Below are positions 1-8,323 of a DNA stretch of 64,000 nt, in pieces. The stretch is from IMG/VR virus record IMGVR_UViG_3300008255_000003, positions 65,897-129,896 of that record; one strand, written 5' to 3'. The notes under the pieces were generated by a model. The model saw only the letters and a list, made by a program, of their open reading frames with translations. It searched no databases and was not told the origin of the DNA. How positions within the stretch are numbered: the first letter of the stretch is position 1; each line of letters begins with the position of its first letter. A program made the position numbers and the translations under genes. The DNA is from a virus.

Positions 1-2
1 AG

Positions 3-125
3 TCTGCGCAGATTCAAGAGCAGCTAGAAGCTAAGCTTGCGCAGCGCTTTGAACGCTCAAAGCCTAAAGAGATTGACTTGAGTATTAGCAAGGGCGAAGG
101 GCCACAGCTTTTGACTGAGGGTTGA
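3..125 (+). CDS. 3' end of a hypothetical protein truncated by the window edge
   Basis: Open frame SAQIQEQLEAKLAQRFERSKPKEIDLSISKGEGPQLLTEG ending TGA at 123-125, immediately before the GTG at 127. Confidence 0.45.
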   Translation, partial: SAQIQEQLEAKLAQRFERSKPKEIDLSISKGEGPQLLTEG

Positions 126-126
126 A

Positions 127-426
127 GTGACCAAGTTCATTAACAAGCTGCGTCAGTATTGGTGGCTACTGCTCTTGGCTATGCTAGGATTGGTGGCCGC
201 CATTTTTAGGGCTGGCAGTGACAAGACCAAGCCCAAGATTATCACCAGCGCTAAGGAAGGGTTGCAGGTGAAAGCTCTCGAAGCTGAGGTCGAGATCCTT
301 AAGGGTGAAGCTAGGGCGGTAGCTAAGACGGCACATAAGCGCGCTGAGCTTGAGCTGATTGAGAGGCAAGATGACCCGAAGGTGAGAAGGGAGCTTCTCG
401 CTGACTTTCTTGAGAGTAACCTTTGA
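127..426 (+). CDS. Small membrane-anchored protein (N-terminal TM helix plus charged helical domain; possibly lysis/spanin-related)
   Basis: Hydrophobic stretch YWWLLLLAMLGLVAAIF after a basic N-terminus; rest is charged and helical-looking; stop overlaps next start. Confidence 0.6.
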   Translation: MTKFINKLRQYWWLLLLAMLGLVAAIFRAGSDKTKPKIITSAKEGLQVKALEAEVEILKGEARAVAKTAHKRAELELIERQDDPKVRRELLADFLESNL

Positions 427-1433
427 AACAAGACGCCTACCATATCTTCTATGAGCCCACTGGACTTGGTGAACCAACGCCCCTTAGCACCGTTAGGATT
501 AACGATGTTGACGTGGTGGGCATGTCTGGTCAGCTCTCGATTCCACCTGATAAAGTCATGCAAATGTGGCTTCTTATTTCAGGTGGCGCAACCTTTAGGA
601 AGTTGGTTAGTGTTAGCAGGTTGCCGAGCGGCACAGTTAGGGCCTTTGTAAGGCTACTTGCTAACAATAATGTCATTATCCCTAGGGAGTGCGCCATGTC
701 TGACAGTGATAAGGAAATTCTGGAGGCTGAAGAGGCTGAAGAGGTTGAAGGCTCCGATGGTGTTGATGGACAGGATGACGAAGGTTTAGAAGGGCTTGAG
801 GAGTCAGAAAGCTCACCACAAGTCACGCAGCTTGAGAAGCTGAACAAGCTCCACCAGCTAGGTCTAAGTCTGCTGGAGTTGTCTGAGAGCGGTCGCGATA
901 TGGCCGCCTTCGCCGCCTATGCCCTTGATGAGTACATTGAGGAGGCTAGAGAGGCGTTTGATCGAGTCATGAGCTATGGGAGCGGCTGCGAGCCTGGAAT
1001 GACCATCTCTGAGGCTCTTGAGTATGAATCAACCGCTCAAACCATCCCCATCACCCGCGTGTTTGCGCACTTTGAAAACTTCGATCATAGCGACGCGGCA
1101 GATGTCTTTGTTGTGTCGTGCATGAATATGTTTATTGACTATCTCTCAGACTATGCCTCGGAAGGTGTCTGGGTGGTCGATCATGATGCTGAGCCTGAAG
1201 GTGACGGATCTGTTGCTTCAATGTCGCTAATGGTTGAGTCTGAGCGTGTTGAGGCGCTTGAGTGCTTACTCACAGTTGATATGGATAATATGGAGGTGGC
1301 GTTCTCGGGTGACGGCGTGAATATCGTGGTTGCCATAGATGAGGACAGGTACGGACTCATGATCACGCGCCTTATGAGTCATATCATCAGGGCGTTCTAC
1401 ACCAGCGAAGAATACGAGCACATTGAGCAGTGA
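423..1433 (+). CDS. Acidic hypothetical protein
   Basis: 336-aa ORF overlapping the upstream stop; E/D-rich linker; no family motif recognised. Confidence 0.7.
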   Translation: MKQDAYHIFYEPTGLGEPTPLSTVRINDVDVVGMSGQLSIPPDKVMQMWLLISGGATFRKLVSVSRLPSGTVRAFVRLLANNNVIIPRECAMSDSDKEILEAEEAEEVEGSDGVDGQDDEGLEGLEESESSPQVTQLEKLNKLHQLGLSLLELSESGRDMAAFAAYALDEYIEEAREAFDRVMSYGSGCEPGMTISEALEYESTAQTIPITRVFAHFENFDHSDAADVFVVSCMNMFIDYLSDYASEGVWVVDHDAEPEGDGSVASMSLMVESERVEALECLLTVDMDNMEVAFSGDGVNIVVAIDEDRYGLMITRLMSHIIRAFYTSEEYEHIEQ

Positions 1434-1464
1434 CTTGATGTGGCTAGTGGTTAAGATGAAAAGG

Positions 1465-1483
1465 ACATGCAACCGCTGCATGT
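1465..1483. repeat. Dispersed 19-bp palindrome, copy 1 (one core mismatch), intergenic
   Basis: ACATGCAACCGCTGCATGT; arms extend to GAAAAGGACATGCA/TGCATGTCCTTTTC (1458-1490). Confidence 0.85.
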
Positions 1484-1503
1484 CCTTTTCTTTGGAGGTA
1501 AGC

Positions 1504-2391
1504 ATGAGTGATGTGACTGGGTTGATGTACTTCTGCCGCGAGCTTACGATCTCTAATGGTGAACGATGTATTGCCATTGGAAACAGCGATAAGGGGATGG
1601 TGGTTATCATGCTTAAACACCTCAAAGGTGATGACATACCGCTGACTATCCTTGGGCCTGGTGTTTACATAGATAAGATCTCAAAGCGTATGCCTGCGCG
1701 ATCTCATGTTCGCAAGGTGCTATCCAGATACACAGTGATGGGGATGGCGCATAACGGACCTGTCTTCATTCGTGAGAATGGGCGCGTGCTCTATGCTATA
1801 AGGCCATTCACCATGCCCCCAGCGACGAAGCTTTATCCTGGCGACATTGTATCGGTGGGGGGTAGGAGTCTGCCGCTAGTTTACCTTGGTCAGTACAAGG
1901 GTCAGATCTATCTAGGCTCTTGGTCTGAGGTGAATGATATGGCGTTGGCTTCAAGCATGGTCGCCTATGGCACCGAGCCTTATGCAAACTCCCATCTCTA
2001 CATTTATCTCTTTGGTGGTGATGAGTCTGAGATCTCTTACATCTCACCGCGCGAGGGTAATGATCATGACGATGAGGAAGCGCGCGCCGTTCAGAGAAGA
2101 TTGGTTGCCAGGCCTGCCATTGGTTCGGTTGTGGGTATCAGGGGTTTTAAGGGGTACAAGCTCCTAGTTTCCGGCTTTAGTCAGACGGAATATGGGAACG
2201 TCGAGATGTACGTTGCGGGCCTACTAAGCCCTGATGAGCTTCCGGGTGCAAAGACACTAAGGAAGGCGATGGATACATCGTTCTGGACGCTGGTGTCTCT
2301 ACCCGTTGAACGCGTCTACAACATCAGGCCAGCCACACCAAAGACTAAGGCTGATGTGATGAGGTTGGGCGCCTTGAGGTATGTTGAATGA
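1504..2391 (+). CDS. Hypothetical protein
   Basis: Long ORF; start moved to ATG 1504 because GGAGG lies at 1494-1498. Confidence 0.7.
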   Translation: MSDVTGLMYFCRELTISNGERCIAIGNSDKGMVVIMLKHLKGDDIPLTILGPGVYIDKISKRMPARSHVRKVLSRYTVMGMAHNGPVFIRENGRVLYAIRPFTMPPATKLYPGDIVSVGGRSLPLVYLGQYKGQIYLGSWSEVNDMALASSMVAYGTEPYANSHLYIYLFGGDESEISYISPREGNDHDDEEARAVQRRLVARPAIGSVVGIRGFKGYKLLVSGFSQTEYGNVEMYVAGLLSPDELPGAKTLRKAMDTSFWTLVSLPVERVYNIRPATPKTKADVMRLGALRYVE

Positions 2392-2873
2392 AAATCATGA
2401 TGACGCTTCTCGCCTTAATCACCTTATCTTGCGCACAGGACAAGGTGGCGCTCAAACCAAAGCCAGCTATTGAGCTTAGGGAGATCTCACCGACTCCACC
2501 CGTGGCTGACGGCATGGTAAGGGCCTTGCCAGTAAAGCCTGATGCTGAGCAGGAGTGGTGTATCGGAGTCTTAAGTTTACCACCTGATGGCATCGTACTG
2601 AGTGAATCGAAGGCGCTCCAGGCTGCGAGACTTAGAGTTTATGCAGAAGAGATGAATGTTGCAGCGTCATACAACAAGACATATTGTGAGATGTGGTCTG
2701 AAGCTGCGTTGCGGCGGGTCAATGCCCTTGAGTCTAGGGAACTGGAGAGAATAGAAGATGAGCAGCGGTGGTGGAACAGACACAAGCTGAACATCACATT
2801 TATAGGCGGCCTCACCTTGGGATCTGTGATTACGATTCTGGTGGTTTATGGCGTCAATCAGGCTGGAGATTAA
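2388..2873 (+). CDS. Predicted lipoprotein with C-terminal TM helix (u-spanin-like topology)
   Basis: Signal MKIMMTLLALITLS-C with Cys15, Pro-rich linker, C-terminal hydrophobic ITFIGGLTLGSVITILVVYGV. Confidence 0.5.
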   Translation: MKIMMTLLALITLSCAQDKVALKPKPAIELREISPTPPVADGMVRALPVKPDAEQEWCIGVLSLPPDGIVLSESKALQAARLRVYAEEMNVAASYNKTYCEMWSEAALRRVNALESRELERIEDEQRWWNRHKLNITFIGGLTLGSVITILVVYGVNQAGD

Positions 2874-2874
2874 A

Positions 2875-3207
2875 ATGCCTAAAAAAAGTTTTAAGAACAA
2901 TAAGATCAGAAGGCCCTACTCAACCAACGGTGAGCTTGTAAGCTCCGAGCTTTGGAGTGCACGTCAGTCTACTCACAAGAGGTTCCTTAAGGCGTGTCAC
3001 ATGACACCTTTAAGCCCTTCTGACTGGCGAAACATCATCGCGCAATCTTTGGGCCTTCCACCGAGCAAGGCTCATGTTCGATACTTCAGCGCGGATCTTT
3101 GCAAGCAGGTTGAAGAGCTTTTGAGTCGCAAGGAAGTTGAGCTTAGGGCTCGTGGTAAATGGGGCATTGAATACAAAAGGAGGAATTGTGCGAGAAAATC
3201 TAGCTGA
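2875..3207 (+). CDS. Small basic protein resembling the C-terminal helical part of DUF3268-type phage proteins
   Basis: ARQSTHKRF...IAQSLGLPPSKAHVRYFSADLC resembles the recalled pattern R..AH..FD...LA..LG....H...F...C; ATG 2875 after GGAG. Confidence 0.45.
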   Translation: MPKKSFKNNKIRRPYSTNGELVSSELWSARQSTHKRFLKACHMTPLSPSDWRNIIAQSLGLPPSKAHVRYFSADLCKQVEELLSRKEVELRARGKWGIEYKRRNCARKSS

Positions 3208-3490
3208 CAGACTTTGTGACACCTTACATCTCGTCTATGAGAAGCACCTTAAGGGTGGTGGCTATAAGGTGCAGCACACTTGGGAGCTGAGGAGTCTTGC
3301 CTATGATGCTGTGGCTGGTGTTCCTTGGCAGCGCAAAGTGAAGTCTCCCTTCACCGCTAACGCAAGTGTAAGTATGCTTCGGGATACCATCACCAAAGTA
3401 GAGTCATACCTTGATGACCCAAGCCAGATCGATGCCCAGTTTGAGGCTTCTGAGGTCTTCTCGAAGGATGATAGAAAAAAGATCAAGTAA
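3188..3490 (+). CDS. Hypothetical protein
   Basis: GTG 3188 preceded by AGGAGG; overlaps the upstream gene. Confidence 0.6.
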   Translation: MRENLADRLCDTLHLVYEKHLKGGGYKVQHTWELRSLAYDAVAGVPWQRKVKSPFTANASVSMLRDTITKVESYLDDPSQIDAQFEASEVFSKDDRKKIK

Positions 3491-3491
3491 G

Positions 3492-3519
3492 TTGTCAACA
3501 AGTATTGATAGAAAATAAT
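3492..3519 (+). promoter_or_regulatory. Possible sigma70-like promoter
   Basis: TTGTCA-N16-AATAAT in an AT-rich intergenic gap upstream of 3584. Confidence 0.3.
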
Positions 3520-3583
3520 TTAGTGTCTATCCATAGAAGGTCGCTCATGTTGTATGAGCGGCCTTAAATTTTGGAGAAAAAAA

Positions 3584-4132
3584 ATGAACGATCGTCTCAA
3601 GCGCTTTGCGGGTTTGATCCGCGTAGTCATGTCAAGCGTGGATCCCTATTTTATGAAGCTCTCGTACAGGTACGAGGGCTTCAATGGCTTGCTTATTGAC
3701 GCATCGAAGGGCATTGACCTAAAGGTGGTCAATGAGCGTCACTTGCTGGTCGCTCAGATTGACCAGCACACGCTTGGCGTCGATGCTGTCTATCTCGCAT
3801 GGTTGGAGGCGTTAGACTTCAACAAGGATACGGTCCAAGTCAGGCAGGCGCTTGAGTGTGCGTTCTGGGCTCTTGTCCCCATGTTGGCAGGTCCAGACGT
3901 CACAGATCGGTCTATCGAGCGCGTGAGGCATAATATCTGCGCCCGAGGCCTTGGGGTGTGGCCTGACAATAGACCTACGGCTCAATCACTCCCTGGTTTT
4001 GAGATCTTTAGAGCAACGCGCGCGAGGCCTGTCCCTGAGCTGATCTATACCCCCGCCATGAGAAAGCGAGACGAAGATCTTGAGCGGGCCAGGAATGACT
4101 ACTTGCTGATCTCAAACATCTTAGATCTATGA
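3584..4132 (+). CDS. Hypothetical protein
   Basis: ATG 3584 after GGAG; followed by a strong hairpin. Confidence 0.7.
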   Translation: MNDRLKRFAGLIRVVMSSVDPYFMKLSYRYEGFNGLLIDASKGIDLKVVNERHLLVAQIDQHTLGVDAVYLAWLEALDFNKDTVQVRQALECAFWALVPMLAGPDVTDRSIERVRHNICARGLGVWPDNRPTAQSLPGFEIFRATRARPVPELIYTPAMRKRDEDLERARNDYLLISNILDL

Positions 4133-4138
4133 TGTGGT

Positions 4139-4185
4139 CGCAAAAAACCCCAACATGCAACGGTTGCATGTTGGGGTTTTTTGCG
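4139..4185. terminator. Bidirectional intrinsic terminator whose stem contains the dispersed palindrome
   Basis: Perfect 23-bp arms CGCAAAAAACCCCAACATGCAAC-G-GTTGCATGTTGGGGTTTTTTGCG between convergent genes, with A6 and T6 tracts. Confidence 0.8.
4153..4171. repeat. Dispersed 19-bp palindrome, copy 2, between convergent genes
   Basis: ACATGCAACGGTTGCATGT, consensus. Confidence 0.95.
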
Positions 4186-4202
4186 TGATCAGTAAGATGG
4201 TG

Positions 4203-4889
4203 CTACTCGCCTTTCCAGACGTCAAAATCACCTATGTCATAAGCGCTGATCTCGCTTGATACGACCTTGGCCTTAATGCGCTCAAGGACGCGCTTGATGT
4301 GTCTTGGAAAGGGCCACATAAAGACATAAGACGCTGACCAAAACTGCTTGGCGTAGAAGTCCATTCTAAACTGCTCAACTTCGCCCCCAGTTGTGTAGTA
4401 AGCGATCATGCTTTGAGTGTAAGCCCTAAGCTCCCATTTAGCCCTCATTCTTCCAATGAGGAGATAGCTAAAGTGGAACCAAAGACCATAGCGCTTCATG
4501 TCCAGGCAGTGCTGAAGCTCATGCCGAAGCATAGCGTAATAGTTTGGCATGTGCGGCTGTATGATATGGGCTGGCATATAGATGGTGTTTCCCATCGCAT
4601 TGCCGAAGTCGCTAAACTTCTTTTTGAACATCCCGAACGATAAGATCCTAAACATGAAGAACATCGCGCGCGCGAGAGTGAACGTGATCTTGTGCCAACG
4701 CTCCGCGTATTCTTGATTTTCATAGGTGGGATCTTTGATGATGATCCGTAGGCCTTCGATGTTTTGAGTATACCTTCCCAGTGCGATATAGAGCGACGCC
4801 AGATCATTAGGGATAAGATGGATTGCATCCCCCTTGCAGCCTGTATATCGCTCAAGCATCTCAGCCTTAAGCTTATTATACCTTGGCAT
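4203..4889 (-). CDS. HExxH zinc-metallopeptidase-like protein
   Basis: LRHELQHCLD (HExxH) followed by WELRAY with a candidate third-ligand Glu. Confidence 0.55.
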   Translation of the reverse strand: MPRYNKLKAEMLERYTGCKGDAIHLIPNDLASLYIALGRYTQNIEGLRIIIKDPTYENQEYAERWHKITFTLARAMFFMFRILSFGMFKKKFSDFGNAMGNTIYMPAHIIQPHMPNYYAMLRHELQHCLDMKRYGLWFHFSYLLIGRMRAKWELRAYTQSMIAYYTTGGEVEQFRMDFYAKQFWSASYVFMWPFPRHIKRVLERIKAKVVSSEISAYDIGDFDVWKGE

Positions 4890-5320
4890 TAATGCCCCCT
4901 TAAGATGGCGTTGATTTTAAGGTCTGTCGTGGCGCCAGTTGTGGTGAAGTAGATGTACTCACCATAAGACTGACTCCAGTAGATCGCAGCGCCGACCTCG
5001 CTGGTGATGTAGATGTAGTTTGAGCCGTATGAGGCCTTGGAGTGAATGATCACATCAAGCTCATCGCCGTCAGCGTCTTTTGAGACAAGGTGAAGCTCCC
5101 AGTCAGAAGCATCACCAAGATCGGCTATAAGTCTTTTAAGTTCGACGTTGCGAAGGCCTGGAATGCGCATGATTCCACCTTCCGTAGATCCAGGGATGTT
5201 GAGTGTCGCCCCATCAACAGAATCGGTGCCGTTAAAGTTTGTTTTGCTGAGGTTGTTACCAGCAGCAAGCGTCGCTCTTAGGTTGGTGATCCTTCTTTGA
5301 TTCTCAGTGATCAAGCTCAT
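4889..5320 (-). CDS. Hypothetical protein (beta-rich, possibly virion-associated)
   Basis: 143-aa ORF coupled to neighbours; G/T/S-rich. Confidence 0.6.
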   Translation of the reverse strand: MSLITENQRRITNLRATLAAGNNLSKTNFNGTDSVDGATLNIPGSTEGGIMRIPGLRNVELKRLIADLGDASDWELHLVSKDADGDELDVIIHSKASYGSNYIYITSEVGAAIYWSQSYGEYIYFTTTGATTDLKINAILRGH

Positions 5321-5321
5321 G

Positions 5322-5738
5322 TCACAGCCTCAGTCTTGTGCCTATCTGTCTTAGATAGATTTTTGTTTGTGCCCTTATTCTGAAAGGTATGGCGCCACCT
5401 GATGGGGTTGCACCTTTAGCCAGCCAGCTTAAGGCGTATACGATCAGGCTTTCATCTCTTAGCGCAAAAGCCTTCACCTTGGTTCTCCTGTCGATCGCTT
5501 CAACCAAATAACCGACCTCGCTTAGATCTTTGAAGTGAGGGTGACTCGCCCTTATCTCATCGGCGGTCATACCCTTGGAGCTTTTGCCCTTGATATAGTA
5601 ACACCCCTGCCCTGCGAGATGGACAATGAGTTGAAAGTCACGTTCCGACCAGTCCTCAGAGTTTGCGTAATGACTAGGCAGGCTTGGCAAGGCTGATAAG
5701 TCTGTATAGGTGCAACGTCTCATAGACACCCTTTTCAA
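5322..5738 (-). CDS. Hypothetical protein
   Basis: 138-aa ORF in the minus-strand cassette; true start may be the internal Met6. Confidence 0.55.
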   Translation of the reverse strand: MKRVSMRRCTYTDLSALPSLPSHYANSEDWSERDFQLIVHLAGQGCYYIKGKSSKGMTADEIRASHPHFKDLSEVGYLVEAIDRRTKVKAFALRDESLIVYALSWLAKGATPSGGAIPFRIRAQTKIYLRQIGTRLRL

Positions 5739-6057
5739 TCTCTTGGTGTTTCTTCTCAGTGTAGCCGTATGGATGCAGCGGCTCTATACCCTTACTCATT
5801 AAAGCTCTCTCTAGTGCGCCGATCATGACTGCTGGTGCTTCTATCATAGCTTTCCTTGCGCCAGTAGTTAGAGCTAGAGCGATGATAGTCTGTATCCTTT
5901 GATCGTACTGAATCTGTGATGGCGGCTCCTTACTTAGGGTCATCAGGGTGACGATCTGCTGCTTCTGGGCTGCGCTCAGATCGAACACGCCAAAGGATCT
6001 CATCTGGGCTGTAAGTGTTATGGTTGACAGGTTAACGATGGTCTTGGGGTATAGCAT
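5674..6057 (-). CDS. Conserved-looking small alpha/beta phage protein
   Basis: IVNLS...GVFDL...ARKAMIEAPAVMIGALERALMSKGIEPLHPY recalls a widespread uncharacterised phage family; not verified. Confidence 0.55.
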   Translation of the reverse strand: MLYPKTIVNLSTITLTAQMRSFGVFDLSAAQKQQIVTLMTLSKEPPSQIQYDQRIQTIIALALTTGARKAMIEAPAVMIGALERALMSKGIEPLHPYGYTEKKHQEIEKGVYETLHLYRLISLAKPA

Positions 6058-6179
6058 GGTGTTGGCTTATGGGTTTTGTGTTGAGTTGTGGTTAGGCGGG
6101 ATTAAGATGGCTAAAGAGAAGGCGGTAATCCCCCGATTCAACCCTAGTGACTTTAGCCAATAACCCAAGAGGCGCACAA

Positions 6180-6704
6180 ATGGCATTTATCACACTCGCG
6201 ATCACGAACAATGAAGCCACCACGATCACTCTCGACTCGCGCTTAGGCGGAGCACAGATCGCAGCAGCGGCCACCAAGACCCTTAACATGGATGCTGCTG
6301 CCGTCTTAAACCAGAAGGCCACGCTGCTTGAGCGCTGCCTTCTGGCTGAGGTTCTGGAAAACCTCCAGAATGCCTATGATGTCACCATCGTCATTGGCAC
6401 CACATCGCTTCAGGATTCCGTCCCCAGTATCCAAGAGCAGCTTGAGAGTGCAGTTCTGCGTGCTCAGCTCAAGGGTGTCCCCATCGTTCGTGGCGGCACT
6501 GCCACGTTCGCAGCAGCAGCAACCAGCGCCGTCGTCCTCGACCCGCCCATGCCTAGCGCCAACTATCGAGTCGTGGCAACGCCAGGCTTCGCCCCAGCAT
6601 CGCTTAACCCTCCGTTCATCACGACCAAGACGGCGGCTGGCTTCACCATCGCCTTCGCAGCCGGCCAGACTGGTGATGTTGACTGGATTCTTGTGGCTGA
6701 CTGA
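6180..6704 (+). CDS. Probable abundant virion/decoration protein
   Basis: Strong C-ending codon bias like the major capsid gene; C-terminal beta domain VVLDPPMPSANYRVVATP...TKTAAGFTI...VDWILVA typical of phage virion proteins; has its own terminator. Confidence 0.5.
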   Translation: MAFITLAITNNEATTITLDSRLGGAQIAAAATKTLNMDAAAVLNQKATLLERCLLAEVLENLQNAYDVTIVIGTTSLQDSVPSIQEQLESAVLRAQLKGVPIVRGGTATFAAAATSAVVLDPPMPSANYRVVATPGFAPASLNPPFITTKTAAGFTIAFAAGQTGDVDWILVAD

Positions 6705-6725
6705 ACGCTAACAGTCTAGCCCGTT

Positions 6726-6760
6726 GAAGGGCCTGCGGCTTATGTCGCAGGCCCTTCTTT
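6726..6760 (+). terminator. Intrinsic terminator
   Basis: 12-bp stem GAAGGGCCTGCG/CGCAGGCCCTTC followed by TTT. Confidence 0.8.
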
Positions 6761-7184
6761 ATTGTAGTGCAAACGAACGAAAGCCCTAAGAGCTGTAAAC
6801 CAGTTCCCAGGGCTAACGTTCGTCCCACCATCAACACTGAGTAAGTAATTTTTACTCAAGTACATGTAAGGTAGAGAGAGAGAGAAGAAACATATGCATA
6901 CCATACTGATGTATATGAAACTTACTAAGATGACTTTGGACACACACGCTAAGAGCTAAGCTCTTTCCCTATGGGATGTCATAGCCATAGAGATGCTTGA
7001 GTGGTGGTAAGGTTGACGATACATCAACCCTAGGTTCTTATGAGTCTCCTGTTGTTCTAGTTTAAGGCCTTGTTAGAGTTTGACGGGCTCTAGTTCGGGC
7101 TCTACTTGCCGCATTGGCTTCCGATCTGGCGTTAGGATAGACCTATATATTGAGAGCGGGCAAGCGCGCAGTTAAGATTTATAG

Positions 7185-7203
7185 ACGTGCAACGGTTGCA
7201 TGT
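7185..7203. repeat. Dispersed palindrome, copy 3, intergenic
   Basis: ACGTGCAACGGTTGCATGT. Confidence 0.9.
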
Positions 7204-7225
7204 TTCATTCTTTGATGGGGTTGGG

Positions 7226-7507
7226 ATGCTGAGTATTAGTTTTGAAGGGGAAGTTGTTGAAGGTGGTGTGGATGGTCTTTATCACCTTATGACTGAGGAC
7301 ATTGAGATGACTGGTGATGTCTTTGAGTTTGGTGTGTCTTACATAGTCAACTTCAACGCCGAGGGTGTCTCTATCTATCGAATGCCAGCCGCTGCACAGT
7401 GTTTTGATAGACATCACGTCTTGAATTTGTGTAAGTTCATTAGAGGGTTATATCCTACAGAAGAGTCCACTTGGACCGACCTACCTGATACCTATAAGCC
7501 GGGATAG
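7226..7507 (+). CDS. Hypothetical protein
   Basis: The track start (7187) lies inside the palindrome; ATG 7226 after GGGG/GGG is more plausible. Confidence 0.55.
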   Translation: MLSISFEGEVVEGGVDGLYHLMTEDIEMTGDVFEFGVSYIVNFNAEGVSIYRMPAAAQCFDRHHVLNLCKFIRGLYPTEESTWTDLPDTYKPG

Positions 7508-7534
7508 TTAGCCCGCCCTTATTTGGAGCGCTTC

Positions 7535-8227
7535 ATGACCAATAATGAGTCGAGTGATTATGCGTGGGATCATTCCATGCGACTTGTCCAACTCATAAGA
7601 GATGCCGACTTGAAGTCTGCCCGCAAGTCCACGCAGACCCTATCTCAGATCATTGAGGTCCGGCACATCAATGGATATGAGTTTGATATTGGCGGGTCTA
7701 GGGATAGTGACGTGTGGAAGGTGGTGATCACTAAGACAACCGCCGAGTGCAACTGCCCTAGCCGCCTCAATAGGCACACGGTGTGTAAGCACATTGTCGC
7801 AGCCGCAGCGCACCTACTCTCAAAGCATGAGTCAACCAAGGACTACTCACCGACACAGTGGGTTGCTTATGCGATAGGGAGGCACACATCAAGACAGGCA
7901 GCTTTCTACAACTACCGACCTAACGTCACCCCTGAAGTCGCTGAGGCCTTCGGTGTGGGCTTTGAGGAGTCCACCGTAGCTCATCGTAAGGTCTTGGGTT
8001 ACAGGCTCTCAGACGGGCGCCTGTGGACTGGAGCGTTGCCTTTACCCGAGCCTGGCGAGCGTTGCTTTGTGCATAAGGGCGGCAGGTCTTGGGAAGGTGA
8101 GATATTAGCCCTTGGCTATAGCGTCCCTGGTTATCTCACTGTGTTCGTGATCACAAACGAGCTTATCCCTGGATACAAAACCAAGCGCATTGTCTGCTTT
8201 GGGAATGAGCTTGAAATGATGACCTAA
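7535..8227 (+). CDS. SWIM zinc-finger protein with extra C-terminal beta-barrel-like domain
   Basis: ECNCPSRLNRHTVCKHIVA matches SWIM CxC-x(n)-CxH; ATG 7535 after GGAG. Confidence 0.75.
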   Translation: MTNNESSDYAWDHSMRLVQLIRDADLKSARKSTQTLSQIIEVRHINGYEFDIGGSRDSDVWKVVITKTTAECNCPSRLNRHTVCKHIVAAAAHLLSKHESTKDYSPTQWVAYAIGRHTSRQAAFYNYRPNVTPEVAEAFGVGFEESTVAHRKVLGYRLSDGRLWTGALPLPEPGERCFVHKGGRSWEGEILALGYSVPGYLTVFVITNELIPGYKTKRIVCFGNELEMMT

Positions 8228-8228
8228 A

Positions 8229-8247
8229 ACATGCAACGGTTGCATGT
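8229..8247. repeat. Dispersed palindrome, copy 4, 1 nt after a stop codon
   Basis: ACATGCAACGGTTGCATGT. Confidence 0.95.
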
Positions 8248-8323
8248 CTGTTCTTAGAAGACTTGAGCCTTAGACACGCAAAGCTGATGTTCGGCTTTGC
8301 GTTTGGAAACAAACCCTTAATCA

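Noticed and set aside
6872-6886. (GA)n run as a contingency locus
   Set aside because: Short, non-coding and not evidently within a promoter spacer; noted only as part of the non-coding region
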